NCBI RefSeq assembly: GCF_036321535.1
Contig: NC_087437.1
Span: 31,622,001-31,686,000 of the forward strand
Length of the DNA: 64,000 bases
DNA from: Camelus dromedarius
Taxonomy: Eukaryota
Reading direction: 5' to 3'
The notes beneath the pieces were generated by a model that saw only the letters and a list, made by a program, of their open reading frames with translations, was not told where the DNA came from and did no database searches. Positions 37,305 through 49,626 of the stretch are shown here, piece by piece; positions within the stretch are counted from its first letter, which is position 1; every line of letters begins with the position of its first letter. A program made the position numbers and the translations under genes.

Positions 37305-40300
37305 TAGCAGCAAGAGAAGAGCTAGTTACCTGCAAGGGAACTTCCATAAGACCACCAGCTGACTTCTCAGCAGAAACTTTGAAGGTCAGAAGGGAGTGGC
37401 ACCATGCATTCAGAGTTCTGAAAGGAAAAAAACCTATAACCAAGAATACCCAGCAAGTTTATCATTCAGAATTGAAGTAGAAGTAAAGAATTTTACAGGC
37501 AAGCAGAAGTTTAAGAGTTCAGCACCACTAAACTGGCCTTAAAAGAAATTTTAAGGGGACTTTTTTAAGTGGAAAAGAAAAGTCTACAACAAGAGATAAG
37601 AAAATTACAAGAGGAAAAATCTCATTGGTAAAGGCAAACATACAGTAAAGTTAGTGGATCAACCATTATAAAGCTATTAGGAAGGTTAAAAGACAGAAGT
37701 AGTAAAATCATGTATCTACAATAAGTATTTAAGAGATACACAAAATAAAAAGATGTAAAATAATGACATCAAAAACACATCAGTGGCTTTGAAAGAACCC
37801 AGAGGGAAAGAACCAGAAGTTTTGTGTTTGATGCATCCTGCCTTATCTTTTTTATTACTATGTACAAAAATTTTTTTTACACAAAGAAACTTAATGCTGT
37901 ATTAATAAATCCACTGTGTATCTTCAAAAAAGGAAGTAGAAGAGGGAGGCTTATTAGAATGTGTTGAAACTTCAGAGATTATCAAGTTAAATATAAATAT
38001 AGTCACCTATAAATATAGACGGTTATATATGAACCTCACTGTAATCATAAACCAAAAATTTATAATGGCTGCACACACACAAAAGAAACAAATACAAACT
38101 TAACACTAAATATAGTCATCAAATGAAAGGGGAAGACAGCATAAGAAGAAACAAACAAAAAGAACTATAGAAGCAACCAGAAAACAAGTAACAAAATGAT
38201 AGTAAGTACATACCTAGCAATAATTACTTTAAATATAAATGGACTAAATACTCCAATAAAAAGCCATAGAGTTGCTGAAGGGAAAAAGATATTCCATTCA
38301 AATGGAAATGAAAAGAATGGTGGGGTAATAATGATTATGTCAGACAAAAGAGGCTTTAAAACAAAGACTATAACAAGAGACAAAGAAGGATATTACATAA
38401 TGATCAAAGAATCAATCTATAAAGATATAACAGCTGTAAATATATATATGTACACAACACAGGAGCACCTAAATGCATAAAGCAAGTATTAGCAAACATA
38501 AAGGGAGAAATAGATGGTAATACAATAATAGTAGAGGACTTTAATACCTCACTTACATAATGAACAGATCATCCAGACAGAAAATTAATAAGGAAACACT
38601 AGCCTTAAATGACGTATCAGGTAGATTTAATAGACCTATACACAACATTCCATCTAAAAACAACTGCACATGTAACACTCTCCAGGATAGATTATATGCT
38701 AGTCCAGAAAACAAGTCTCAATACATTTAAGAAGATTGAAATCATATAAGGCATCTTTTCTGACTAAAAAAGGTATGAGACTAGAAATTAAATACAAGAA
38801 AAAAAAACTGCAAAAAACACAAATACTTGAATGCTAAAAAATATGCTACTGAATAACCAACGAGTCATTGAAAAAATCAAAGAGGTAATCAGGAAATACC
38901 TGAACACAAATGAAAATCAAAACAGAACAATCCAAAATTTATCATATGTAGTAAAGCACTTCTTAGAAAGAAGTTTATAGCATTACAGACCGCCCTCAAG
39001 AAACAAGAGAATTCTCAAACAATCTAATCTTATACCTAAAGGAACTAGAAAAAGAAGAAAAAACAAAACCCACATTTAGTAGAAGGAAAGAAATAATGTT
39101 AGAGTAAAAATAAGTGAAATATAAACTGAAAATAACAATAGAAAAGATTAATGACAGTAAGAGTCAGCTCCTTAAAAAGATAAGCAAGATTGACAAACCT
39201 TTAGCCAGACTCATCATGAAAAAAAGAGAAAGTCCAACCACTAAAATCAGAAATGAAAGAGAAGTTACACGAGACACCAGAGAAAAAGAAAGGATTGTAA
39301 GAGATTACTATGAAAAATTATACACCAATAAACTGGACAACCTAGAAGAAATGGGTAAATTTATAGAAATATATACATAATATTCCAAGACTAAACCAGG
39401 AAGATATATAAAATAAGAACATATCAATTTCTAGTAATGAAATTGAATCAGTAATAAAAACAGTCCCCCAAAACAAATGTCTAGGACCAGATATCTTCAT
39501 AGATGAATGCTAACAAACATTTAAAAAAGAGTTGACACCTATCCTTCTCAAATTATTTCCAAAAACTGAAGAAGATGGAATGCTTCTGAATTCATTCTTT
39601 GAGGCCAGCCTGATCCCAAAACCAAAGATCACACATACAAAAAGAAATTACAGGCCAGTATCACTGATGAACATAGATGCAAAAATCCTCAACAAAATAT
39701 TAGCAAACCAAATTCAACAATACATTAAAAGGATCATACACCATGATCAAGTGGGATTTATCCCAGAGATGTGAGGATTGTTCAGTATTCACAAATCAAT
39801 CAATGTGATATACCATATTAACAAATTGAACAGTAAAAACCATATGATTATTTCAATAGATGCAGGAAAAGCTTTTGACAGAACTTAACATCCATTTATG
39901 ATAAAAACTCTCTAGAAAGTGGGATAAAAACCTCAATATAATAAAGGTCATATATGACAGACTTACAGTCCACATCATACTTAATGCTGAAAAGCTGAAA
40001 ACTTTTCCTCTAAGATCAGGGACAGGACAAGGATGCCCACCCTCACCACTTTTATTCAACACAATATTGGAAGTCCTAGCCAAAGCAATCAGACAAGAAA
40101 ATGAAACAAAAAGAATACTAACTGGAAAGGAAGAAGTAAAACTGTCACTGTTTGCAGATGATGTGATGCTATATATAGAAAATCCTAAAGATGCCATCAA
40201 AAAACTGTTAGAACTGCTAAATGAATTCAGTAAATTTGCAGGACACAAAATTAACATGAAATTTTCTGCATTTCTATGTACTAACAATGAACTATCAGAA

Positions 40301-40318
40301 GGAGAAATTAAGAAATAT
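37305..40318 (+). mobile_element. LINE-1 from the end of ORF1 through the ORF2 endonuclease and RT, degenerate
   Basis: Peptides [39 protein letters not shown] and [17 protein letters not shown]. Confidence 0.93.
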
Positions 40319-40325
40319 TTCAGTA

Positions 40326-40352
40326 TGTGTGTGTGTGTGTGTGTGTGTGTGT
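40326..40352. repeat. (TG)n microsatellite
   Basis: About 13 perfect units at the junction of two opposed L1 segments. Confidence 0.95.
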
Positions 40353-40369
40353 ATTTGTGTTGATGTGTG

Positions 40370-40985
40370 TCTCACTTCTTCTTTATTCATTTGTCTATTG
40401 ATGGGTATTTACATTGCTTCCATACCTTGGCAATTGTAAATAATGCTGCTATGAACATTGGAGTGCATGTATTTTTGAATTAATGTTTTTGTTTTCTTCA
40501 GATATATGCCCAGGAGTGGAATTGCTGGATCTACTATTAATTTTTTGAGGAAATTCTATACTGTTTTCCATAGTGGCTACACCAATTGACATTCCTACCA
40601 ACAGTGCACAAATGTTTACTTTTCTCCACAACCTTGCCAGTATCTGTTATTTGTTATCTTTTTGATAATAGTTCTTTTGACAGGTGTGAGGTGATATCTC
40701 ATTGTGGTTTTGATTTGCATTTCCCTGATGTTTAGTTATGTTGAGCACCTTTGCATGTGTCTTTTGGCCATCTGTATATCTTCTTTGGAAAAATATCTTT
40801 TTGGATACTCTGCCCATTTTTTAACTGGGTTGTTTGTTCTTTGTGTATTTTGGATATTAATCCTTAACTAGATACATCATTTGCAAATATCTTCTCCCAT
40901 TAAGTAAATGGTCTTTTTGTTTTGTTGATTATTTGCTTCATTGTGTAAAAGCTTTTAAGTTTCATGTTGTGCCATTTGTTTGTTT
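40370..40985 (-). mobile_element. LINE-1 ORF2 C-terminal fragment, opposite orientation to its neighbour
   Basis: Antisense caggtgtgaggtgatatctcattgtggttttgatttgcatttccctgatg. Confidence 0.88.
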
Positions 40986-40989
40986 TTAA

Positions 40990-43200
40990 TCTTTTAATCT
41001 GTGTGTGTCTTTATATTTAAAGTAGGTTTGTAACAGACTATGTAGTTTATTTGTTTTTGTTTTTTGTGGGGGTTTTTTTTTTTTTTTTTTGGATTCACTG
41101 TGATAATCTCTGTCTTTTAATTGGTATACTTAGACCTTTACCACTCACAGTGATTATTGATATAGTTGAATTAATTTCCACCATATTTGTATTGCTCTTT
41201 ACTTATTGCCCTTGTTCTTTGTTCTTTTTTTCTTTTACTTTTTCCCTGTCTTTTGTGTTTTTAATTGAACATTTTATATGATTCACTTTTCTTTTTTTTG
41301 GCATATACATTATACTTTTTTTTTCTTTTTTGCTTTTTCAGTGGTGGCTCTGGCGTTTGCAGTATACATTTACAACTAATCCAAGTTCACTTTCAAATAA
41401 CACTATACCACTACATGAATAGTATTGTGTGTATCTTATAATAACAAATAATCCTGATTTCTTTCTCCAATCCCTTGTATCCTTGCTGTCATTCATCTCG
41501 CTTATATATAAACATACATAAACATATATATACACACACACACTCGTAAGTTATATACATAAGCATTCATAATCAAATACATCATTGATATTGTCATTTT
41601 GAGCAGTTATCTGTTAGATCAATTAAGAATAAGAAAAACAAGTTTTTTTTAACCTTCACTTATTCCTTCTTTGATATTCTTTCTTTCTTGATGTAGATAC
41701 CAGTTTTTGACTTGTATTATTTTCCTTGTCTCCAAAAAACTTTTAAAATACTTCTTGCAAGGCCATTCTACTGACAGCAGATTTCCTCAATTTTTCTTTG
41801 AGAAAGTCTTTATTTCTCCTTCACTTTTGAAGGCTAATTTTACAGCATACAGAATTCTAGGGTGTAGGGGGTTTTTCTCTTAACACTTTAAATATTTATC
41901 TACTCTATTCTTGCATGCAAGTTTTCTGAGGGGAAGTAACATGTAAATCTTACTTTGTTCCTATATAGATAAGTGTTTCTGTCCTTTGGCATGTTTAAGT
42001 ATTTTTTTTTAACTTACCTCGAATATTCTGTACTTTAGAGATGATATTCCTAAGGGTGTTGTATTTTTTGTTTGTTTGTTTGTTTGTTTTGCATGTCCTG
42101 CATGGTGTTCTCTGAGGTTCCTGGATCTGTGCTTTGGTGTCTGACATTAATCTGGGGGAAATTCTCAGTCATTGTTGCTTCAAATATTTCTTTTGTCCCT
42201 TCTCTTTTTCTTCTTCTCTTATTCTCAGTATGCATGTGTTATGCCTTTTGTGGTTGCCCCACAATACTTGTATAGTCTGTTGTGTTTTTTTCATTCTTAG
42301 TTCTCTTTGCTTTTTTAGGTTTCAAGGATTCTATCGATTCATCCTCTAACTGAGAGATTCTTTCCTCAGCTATGTTGTCTACTAATAAGCGCATCAAAGG
42401 CATTCTTCATTTCGGTTATAATGTTTTCAGTCTCTAACATTTCTTTTTAGGTTTTTCTTAGGAATTCCATCTGTCTGCTTACATTGCCTGTCTGCTCTTG
42501 TATGCTGTCTACTTCATCCATTAGAGCTCTTAGTGTATTAATTATTGTTGTTTAACTTCATGGTCTGATAATTCCAATATCCCTGCCATGTCTGACTTTG
42601 ATGCTTGCTCTGTCTCTTCAAATTTTGTTTTCTTGCCTTTTGGTATGCCTTACAATTTTTTCTTGATAGCTGGACATAAGGTACAAGGTAAAAAGAACTG
42701 CTATCAGTAGGCCTTTAGTAATGTGGTGGTGAGGTGCTGGGGGAAGGGAAGTGATCTATAGTCCTATGAGTAAGTCTCACTCTTGTAGTGAGTCTCTGTA
42801 CTGTGAACCTCACAAGATTTCTCACCTCCACCCATGTCCACCCCCAACCCCAAGCCCTTATTTGGGACAGGATGGCTAGAGTGACCTGGAGTTGGGTATT
42901 CCCCTTTGCAAGGCCTATTAGGCTCTGATAATACCTCAGTAGGTTAGGTTCTGGTTAACTAGTTTCCCATGGGTGCAGATATTGTTAAGAAGAACAGAAT
43001 GCTCTGGCATATTCATTTTCTCTCCCCCCTGCTAGAATCAGAAGGGGATTTTTATTTAATATCTACTATGGGAACCTGGTTGAGTTCCCAGAGGTAAATC
43101 GCAAGTATTATGGAGGCAGCACTATGACTAGGTCCCTCTCAGAGTTGTCCACAGTGAGCCTTCAGCAATTTGTCATTTACAGGTCAGGTTTGCTTATCCT
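40990..43200 (-). mobile_element. Old L1 (L1MC-like) 5' portion: ORF2 start, ORF1 and 5' UTR
   Basis: Visibly homologous to about 26400-28450; ORF1-like KEIFEATMTENFPQIN. Confidence 0.82.
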
Positions 43201-43439
43201 CAGTAATTGTTCTTGAACAATCTTAAACTGGAACTATCCTAGGACTTATGATTAATCTTGGGAAAGTAACTCATCTATATATGTTAAAAAGTTTATAATT
43301 TTGATATAGATTTAAATTAGTATGAAACTTTCTGAGGCCATTCTCATTTTTGTGTGTTTGCACATGTTTTTTTTTTCCTAGCCAAAGTAAACTACCCGTT
43401 TCATTTCTTTTTTTGTGATTAGATTATTTTGATTCTTCA

Positions 43440-43720
43440 AGGTCCTTCTTTTTTATGATGTTACCTCCATTTGCTCCAGCCCATAATAATCTCTTTTTGA
43501 TATCATGTAGCACTTGTATTTTCTAACAGTTTAGCAGTTGAGTAGGTACTGTCTTATTTTGTACTTTTGTTGCTGTTTGTTCTTAAGTCTTTCCTTTTTA
43601 ATATGTCAGAATCCTTGAGGGCAGTAATTATCTTTATCTTTCCCTGTATCACCCAGAAGACCCAGCACCTAGTGGTGGGCACATGGAAGGTGTGTGCTAA
43701 TTTGCTGAGTGATTGAAACA
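43440..43720 (+). mobile_element. L2 3' end
   Basis: ccttgagggcagtaattatctttatctttccctgtatc...cccagcacctagtggtgggcacatggaaggtg...tttgctgagtgattgaa. Confidence 0.7.
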
Positions 43721-46700
43721 TGTGATTATTAATCATGAAGCAAACATTTTCATATTACATTTCATTTTAGTTTTACCACAGTATGTAACATAGAAGTGTT
43801 TACACACCTCCTGGAAGGTGCTCAGGCTTATGGGTTGTTGTATATTAAAAATGATATTCATGTCAAGAATGGAGAAATGGAACAGTGTTTCTCTTACTGC
43901 CACCTCTGTTTTCTATTAACAATAAGTGCATGTAGGCCTCTAAATGGCTGTCTGCCATGAATTGCATCATTTACACTGGCTTTTAATATGCCTCCTGGCA
44001 TTTCAGTTTCTGTTCTCAGCAGGCAACCTCACTCATGATGAATCCTCTAATATTTGTACCCAGATAAATGCTTACATTGCTGTGAAAGATATTCTCACTT
44101 TGCCTCTACATGGTTTCAGATGAATGTCAGTGACACATTGGAAAGTGCATCATTCAAATATAATTTAAAATACTGAATCATAACAATTTCCTAGAGTTTA
44201 TATTCCATTTTCTGTTAATGAACATGAATTTTCATATTGAGTTTTGTCACTTGTATATGATTAGTCCTGGGTTTTGTCATCGTCTGCTCTTGGAAGAAGA
44301 GGGATGTGTTTTACCTGCTGCAAGCCAGCAGGTACACTGTGGAATGCCTGTGCCTGAGCTCAGAAAAAGGGGCAGAGAAACAGGAAAAACTGAAAATGAT
44401 TTATAACATTTGCCTTGCCCAAGTTGGGGATGAAGTGTAGCAGGGAGGCTGGGGATGGAAAATGCATATTTAAATGTATTAGCTTTTAATCAAAGCTCAG
44501 AGGAGAAAAAATTTTCACTTTGTATAATAAATTTTTTGTATGTCAATAATTATGTTGATGAACTTAACAAATTTCTTTTTAAAGCTTTTTTTTGTCTTCA
44601 GGACCCTTTTCGTTCAAAGACTTATACTGTACATGAGATAAAGGTAAAAGAAAATCACATTTATTTTCATGTGGAACATTCTTTTCCAAATTGTATATTA
44701 GTAAAATAATAGATTTTTTTTCAGGGAATAAGGCTTCATATTTAGAAACATGTATTTATAAATATTATGAATTTTTTTAGATGTTTTGTGTGGCCATCAG
44801 AATCATAGCTTTGAATTTGTAATTCTCTATCTAAAAACATGTGAATGATTACTTTATACATTTTGCTTTATTGGTATATTAATGAAAGTCCCTGATTATT
44901 GCTCAGGAGAGAGGACTCACACAGCAACTCATATAATTATGTGAGTTTTAATCCTAATGTTGATCTAATTTAGAATCATTTTTTATTTATTAGAATTTTT
45001 TTTTAATTAATGGAACATAATTATTGTGGTGAGGTTCTGGGATCAGGGTAATCCTTCTGCCCCTCTTCTTGCCATTTGAAAAAATCTGTAGAAAAAGATG
45101 TAGGTTAACTCATTCATTTATTCATGAATGACTCATCATTTTCTAACTTTTTCCAGGTGGTATATCTTGAGAAAGATATTTGAATATTCATTCATGTGTA
45201 TTTTGCATCATTCTATTATTATTTTGACAAACTCAAGAGAGTTTTTCAGTCCATATCCTGTCATTAACGTGCAAATATAGTTCTGATAACAGTGAGCATA
45301 ATGATACAATCAAGGAATAAAAAGAGTCTTCATTTTCAATATGTTATTCTGTCCAATAGGCGGCCTAAGTTTATGTAGCTTTTCACTATGACTAATGAAA
45401 CTATCCAACTGAATGTAATTGCATCAGAGATGGTCAAATAAGGTGGTAGAGTTATGAGTAGGGAGGGGATTAGGATAGGGAAGGGACAGAAGAGTAAAAC
45501 AAAGCAGTTGGTCAACACTTAGGTTAAAAAGCAAATGTACAGTTGGAAGGTATGGTAGTATTTGTGGCCAGTCTTAACACCAGAATATATTTCAGACTCA
45601 AGCTTAGACTGGAAGTACACCATTGCCAAGTAGAATAACTAGTGCCAAATCTACAACACTCACTAAGCCATACATAGATAGGTGTGTGATTTAAGTTTTC
45701 CTTATTCTTTTGTTAATAACTTCGGTTTTGTAAAATAAATAATTTTGTGAAATGAAGTTAATAGCTTTCTTCTGATATTAAGCCAGAAGATTTTGAAGAG
45801 GCACAGGAGAGAAACAAAAATAAAAGGACTGAAAATGCCTAGTTAGAGTGTCCAGCAGATCTGGGGGGCTGCTAATCTGAGGAAGAAGATAGCTAATAAA
45901 CGTGCTGTGTTCTATTGTTCCTTTCCTTTTGCTTAGATTTATTTGTTTTCTCTTTCTCTAATCCTTTGCTTTTAGCCTGTCTTTATTTTTTTAAGTTGCG
46001 TCTGTTAAAAGCAGCATTTTCTTGGAGTATTTTCCACCATTGTTCTTCTGTGTCAGACTTTATCTAATGTTTTTAGGTCTTTCTCACCAACATCACATTT
46101 CAAACAAGCCTATCTTATTTTTTTCTTTTTTTAACTTAATGAAAAACTAATTAGAATATGAGCTGAAAACATGTTATGTGTATGCCTTTGACAAAAGAAA
46201 CATTAGTATAACCTGTTTTATAGCTCTTACTTTCTAAAATGGAAAGTTTATTTTCTTGTGAATGTTAAATCCTAGATTTTCTTTATTAATCTTGTTTTCT
46301 TTGGCTAGATATATTATTCCTCGTATCTTACTATCTAGAAGAATAGGTTATAATTTTCTCTATTTCCTATCATTTTTAGAGGAAAAAAACTTGGCTATTA
46401 AAGTAAAACAAAATTGTCTATCAGTCAGAAGCCAGTCATCTAGTACCTCACTTACACTATATTATTGGCCTGGGATTTTATGCTGTTGTGTGAGGAAGCC
46501 ACAACTAGAGAGCTTTCTAGGGTTGATAGCAAGAATTACACTAAAAGAAAATTTGTGTCACATAATTATTAGTATTTTTTTGTTGTTGCAGTAGAAAAAA
46601 TAGCAACACCAACAACTATCCTTGTGCCTCTTTCCTTCAGTGCCTTTCTTTCTTTTGCCCAAATCTGAGGCCAATTTGGAGGGAGTTAGAAGGAGATGAA

Positions 46701-47194
46701 AGAGATTTGCAGTGGAAGCTAGAATATTAAGTGCTTTGGCAAGCATTTTGATTTCTCTCTCAGGAGGAAAGGAGCAGCATGCCAAATTCTTACTATGCAG
46801 AAAGACACTGACTAACTGGGGCTAATTCTGAAAACATTTTATGTGCATGAAAACAAAGGTTTATGAGAATTACCACTAAACTCTTTCCCTCTGTGAACCC
46901 CTGGGTTTTGTGAGGGGATTAAAAAAAATATTTATTTGGGAGTATGTGTAAAGTTAATCTTCTGCCTAACTTTCCTTCATGTGCATAATATTTGTGGATT
47001 TCAGCTGCTGCTCAGTTCTCTTTCTTGTAAGGCCATTTCCAACTCCTCAGTTGCTGTCAATAGCCATTAAGTATCAATTTAATCAAGGCAGAAATCAAAG
47101 TACAAGCATATAAAACTCATCTTCTAAAGTGATATGCAAATAAATAATCAAAAGTGCAAAATTAAAGTATGGTCAACTCCACATTGGTACCAGA

Positions 47195-47410
47195 ATGAGA
47201 GACAAGCTACATGGGTTCAAATCCCGGCTCGGTCCTTGCTGGTTATGTGGCCTTGTTCAGTTTGCTTACCTCTTTGCCTCGCCATTCCCTTAACTGTCAA
47301 ATGGGGCTGATAATGGATCAACCTCGTAGGAATATTGTGATGTTTCATGTAAATTATTAAGCACAGTGTCTGGCACTTGGTAAATGCTCAATAGAGTTCT
47401 TTATTATTTT
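47195..47410 (+). mobile_element. MIR SINE
   Basis: tgggttcaaatcccggctc...ctgtcaaatggggctgataat...agcacagtgtctggcacttggtaaatgctcaata. Confidence 0.88.
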
Positions 47411-48164
47411 TGTTGTTATTGTTGTCGTTGTTATAAAAGTTTTCTGAACTGTAGGAAAATATGATTTTGAAAAACATTTTAACATCAATAAAATAGCAAC
47501 ATATAAGGTAGCATGCTGAACTCATTTATTTAAATGCCAAAATGAGGAGAAGTAAAATCTGAGAAGTTATATTGCAATGTAATTGACCCAGTATATATTG
47601 TATGACCTAAAAATTCAGCATTGTTTGGCAAGAGTGATCTAAATTACTAAATATTGAGATGAGAGAATGTTTAATAAATGCTCAGTTTTAATTCACTGAA
47701 GTATATATAAATAATAAAATCAGGACGACAAAGCAATGTATGATTTAATACTTCACCAATTTGATTTAATAAACCCTCAAATCTAATGTTTTACTTTTTA
47801 ATTATTTCCAAATGTAACAATTCACACTTAAGTACTTTTCTGAAGTTTGTTACCGGTTATTACATTAATATTTCCATCATAAATAATGCAGACAAACTTC
47901 AGCCCAGTCTTTTGTTCCACCTATTAGAAATTCTCTGTTAGTATATTTGGAATCAATTACATTGTGATATTGCAGTATATTTACCAGGCAACTCAGATGT
48001 CTTTATGCTGTTAGTTGAGATTAGCATTATCAGCTTACCCTAAGAAAATGGGCAGTTATTTTCTAAAAGCCGTGCTTCTTTTTAACAAAGAAGACTTCAG
48101 TATTTATGGGAAGCTAGATAAGCATCTTTATATTTATTTACACTCCGACACTCCTGGAGAATTT

Positions 48165-49626
48165 TTTTTTAATTATACAAGATTCAGGAATACAGCATTA
48201 CAATTCAACATCTGTATATACTACATAGTGATCATCACCACAAATCTGGTAACCATCAGTCACCATACAGTTGACCCCCTTCACTTATTTTGCCCACTGC
48301 ACAACCTCTTTCCCCTCTAGTCACCACTAATCTGTTTTCTGTACCTATGAGGTTTTTTTTTTGTTTTATTTTGTGTTTTGATTTGTTTTGTTTTGTTTTA
48401 TATTCCACATCTGAGTGAAATTATAAGTAATTGTCTTTGTCTAATTTTTTTCACTTAGCATAATGCCCTCAAGATCTATTCATATTGTCACAAATGGCAG
48501 GATTTCACTCTTTTTAATGGCTAAGTAGTACTCCATGTGTCTATAAGCCATAATTTCTTTATCCATTCATCAGTGGACACTTTGGTTGTTTCCATATCTT
48601 GGCTGTTGTAAATAATGCTGCAGTGAACATAGCGGTGTGTATATCTGTTTGAATGAGTGTTTTTGTTATCCTTTGGATAAACACCCAAAAGTGGAATAGC
48701 TGGGTCTTATGGTGGTTCTATTCTTAATTTTTTGAGGACTCTCTATACTGTTTTCCATAGTGGATACACCAATTTATAGTCTCATCAAAAGAGTACGAGG
48801 GTTTCCTTTTCTCTGCATCCTCTCCAACATTTGTTATCCCTTGTGTTTTTGATAATAGCCATTCTAATTGGTGTGAAGTGATGTCTTATGGTTTTGATTT
48901 GCATTTCCCTGATGACTAGTGATGTTGATCACCTACTTTTCCATATACCTACTGGTAATTTGTATGTCTCTTTTGGAAAAATGTCTGTTCAAGTCACTTG
49001 TCTATTTATAAGTCAGGTTATTTGTTTTTTTGATGTTAAGCTGTATGAGTACCTTATATATTTTGGATATTAACCTCTTATTGGATATATGGTTTGCAAA
49101 TATTTTCTCTCAGTCCATAGGTTGGTTTTTCATTTTGATGATGGTTTCCTTGACTGTGCAGAAGCTTTTTTAGTTTAAGGTAGTCCCATTTGTTTATTTT
49201 TGCTTTTGTTTCCCTTGCCTTTGGAGTCAGATCCACGAAAACTTGGCTACCACCAATGCAGTGAGGTTACCACCTATGTTTTCTTCTAGGAATTTTATGA
49301 TTTCAGGTTTTACATTCAAGTTTTTAATCCATTTTGATTTAAATTTTATGTATGGTGTAAGATAGTAATCCAGTTTCATTCTTTTGCATGTGGCTCTCCA
49401 GTTTTCCCAACACCATTTATTGCAGAGACTGTCCTTTCTCTATTGCATGTTCTTTGTTCCCTTGTTGTGAACTAATTGTCCATATATGTATGGGTTTATT
49501 TCTGAGCTCTTAATTCTGTTCCATTGATCTATGTTTCTGTTTTTGTGCCAGTATCATAATATTTTGATTACTTTAGCTTTGTCATATAGTTTGAAATCAG
49601 GGAGCATGATACCTCCAGCTTCATTC
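48165..49626 (-). mobile_element. 5'-truncated LINE-1 (3' UTR plus ORF2 C-terminal region)
   Basis: Poly-T at about 48162, then antisense 3' UTR and ORF2. Probable TSD ggagaattt at 48156-48164 and 49628-49636. Confidence 0.92.

Noticed and set aside
26400..43200. Similarity of about 26400-28450 to about 41000-43050 as a segmental duplication
   Set aside because: Both are 5' regions of related old L1s with many differences, and similarity does not extend into unique flanks.
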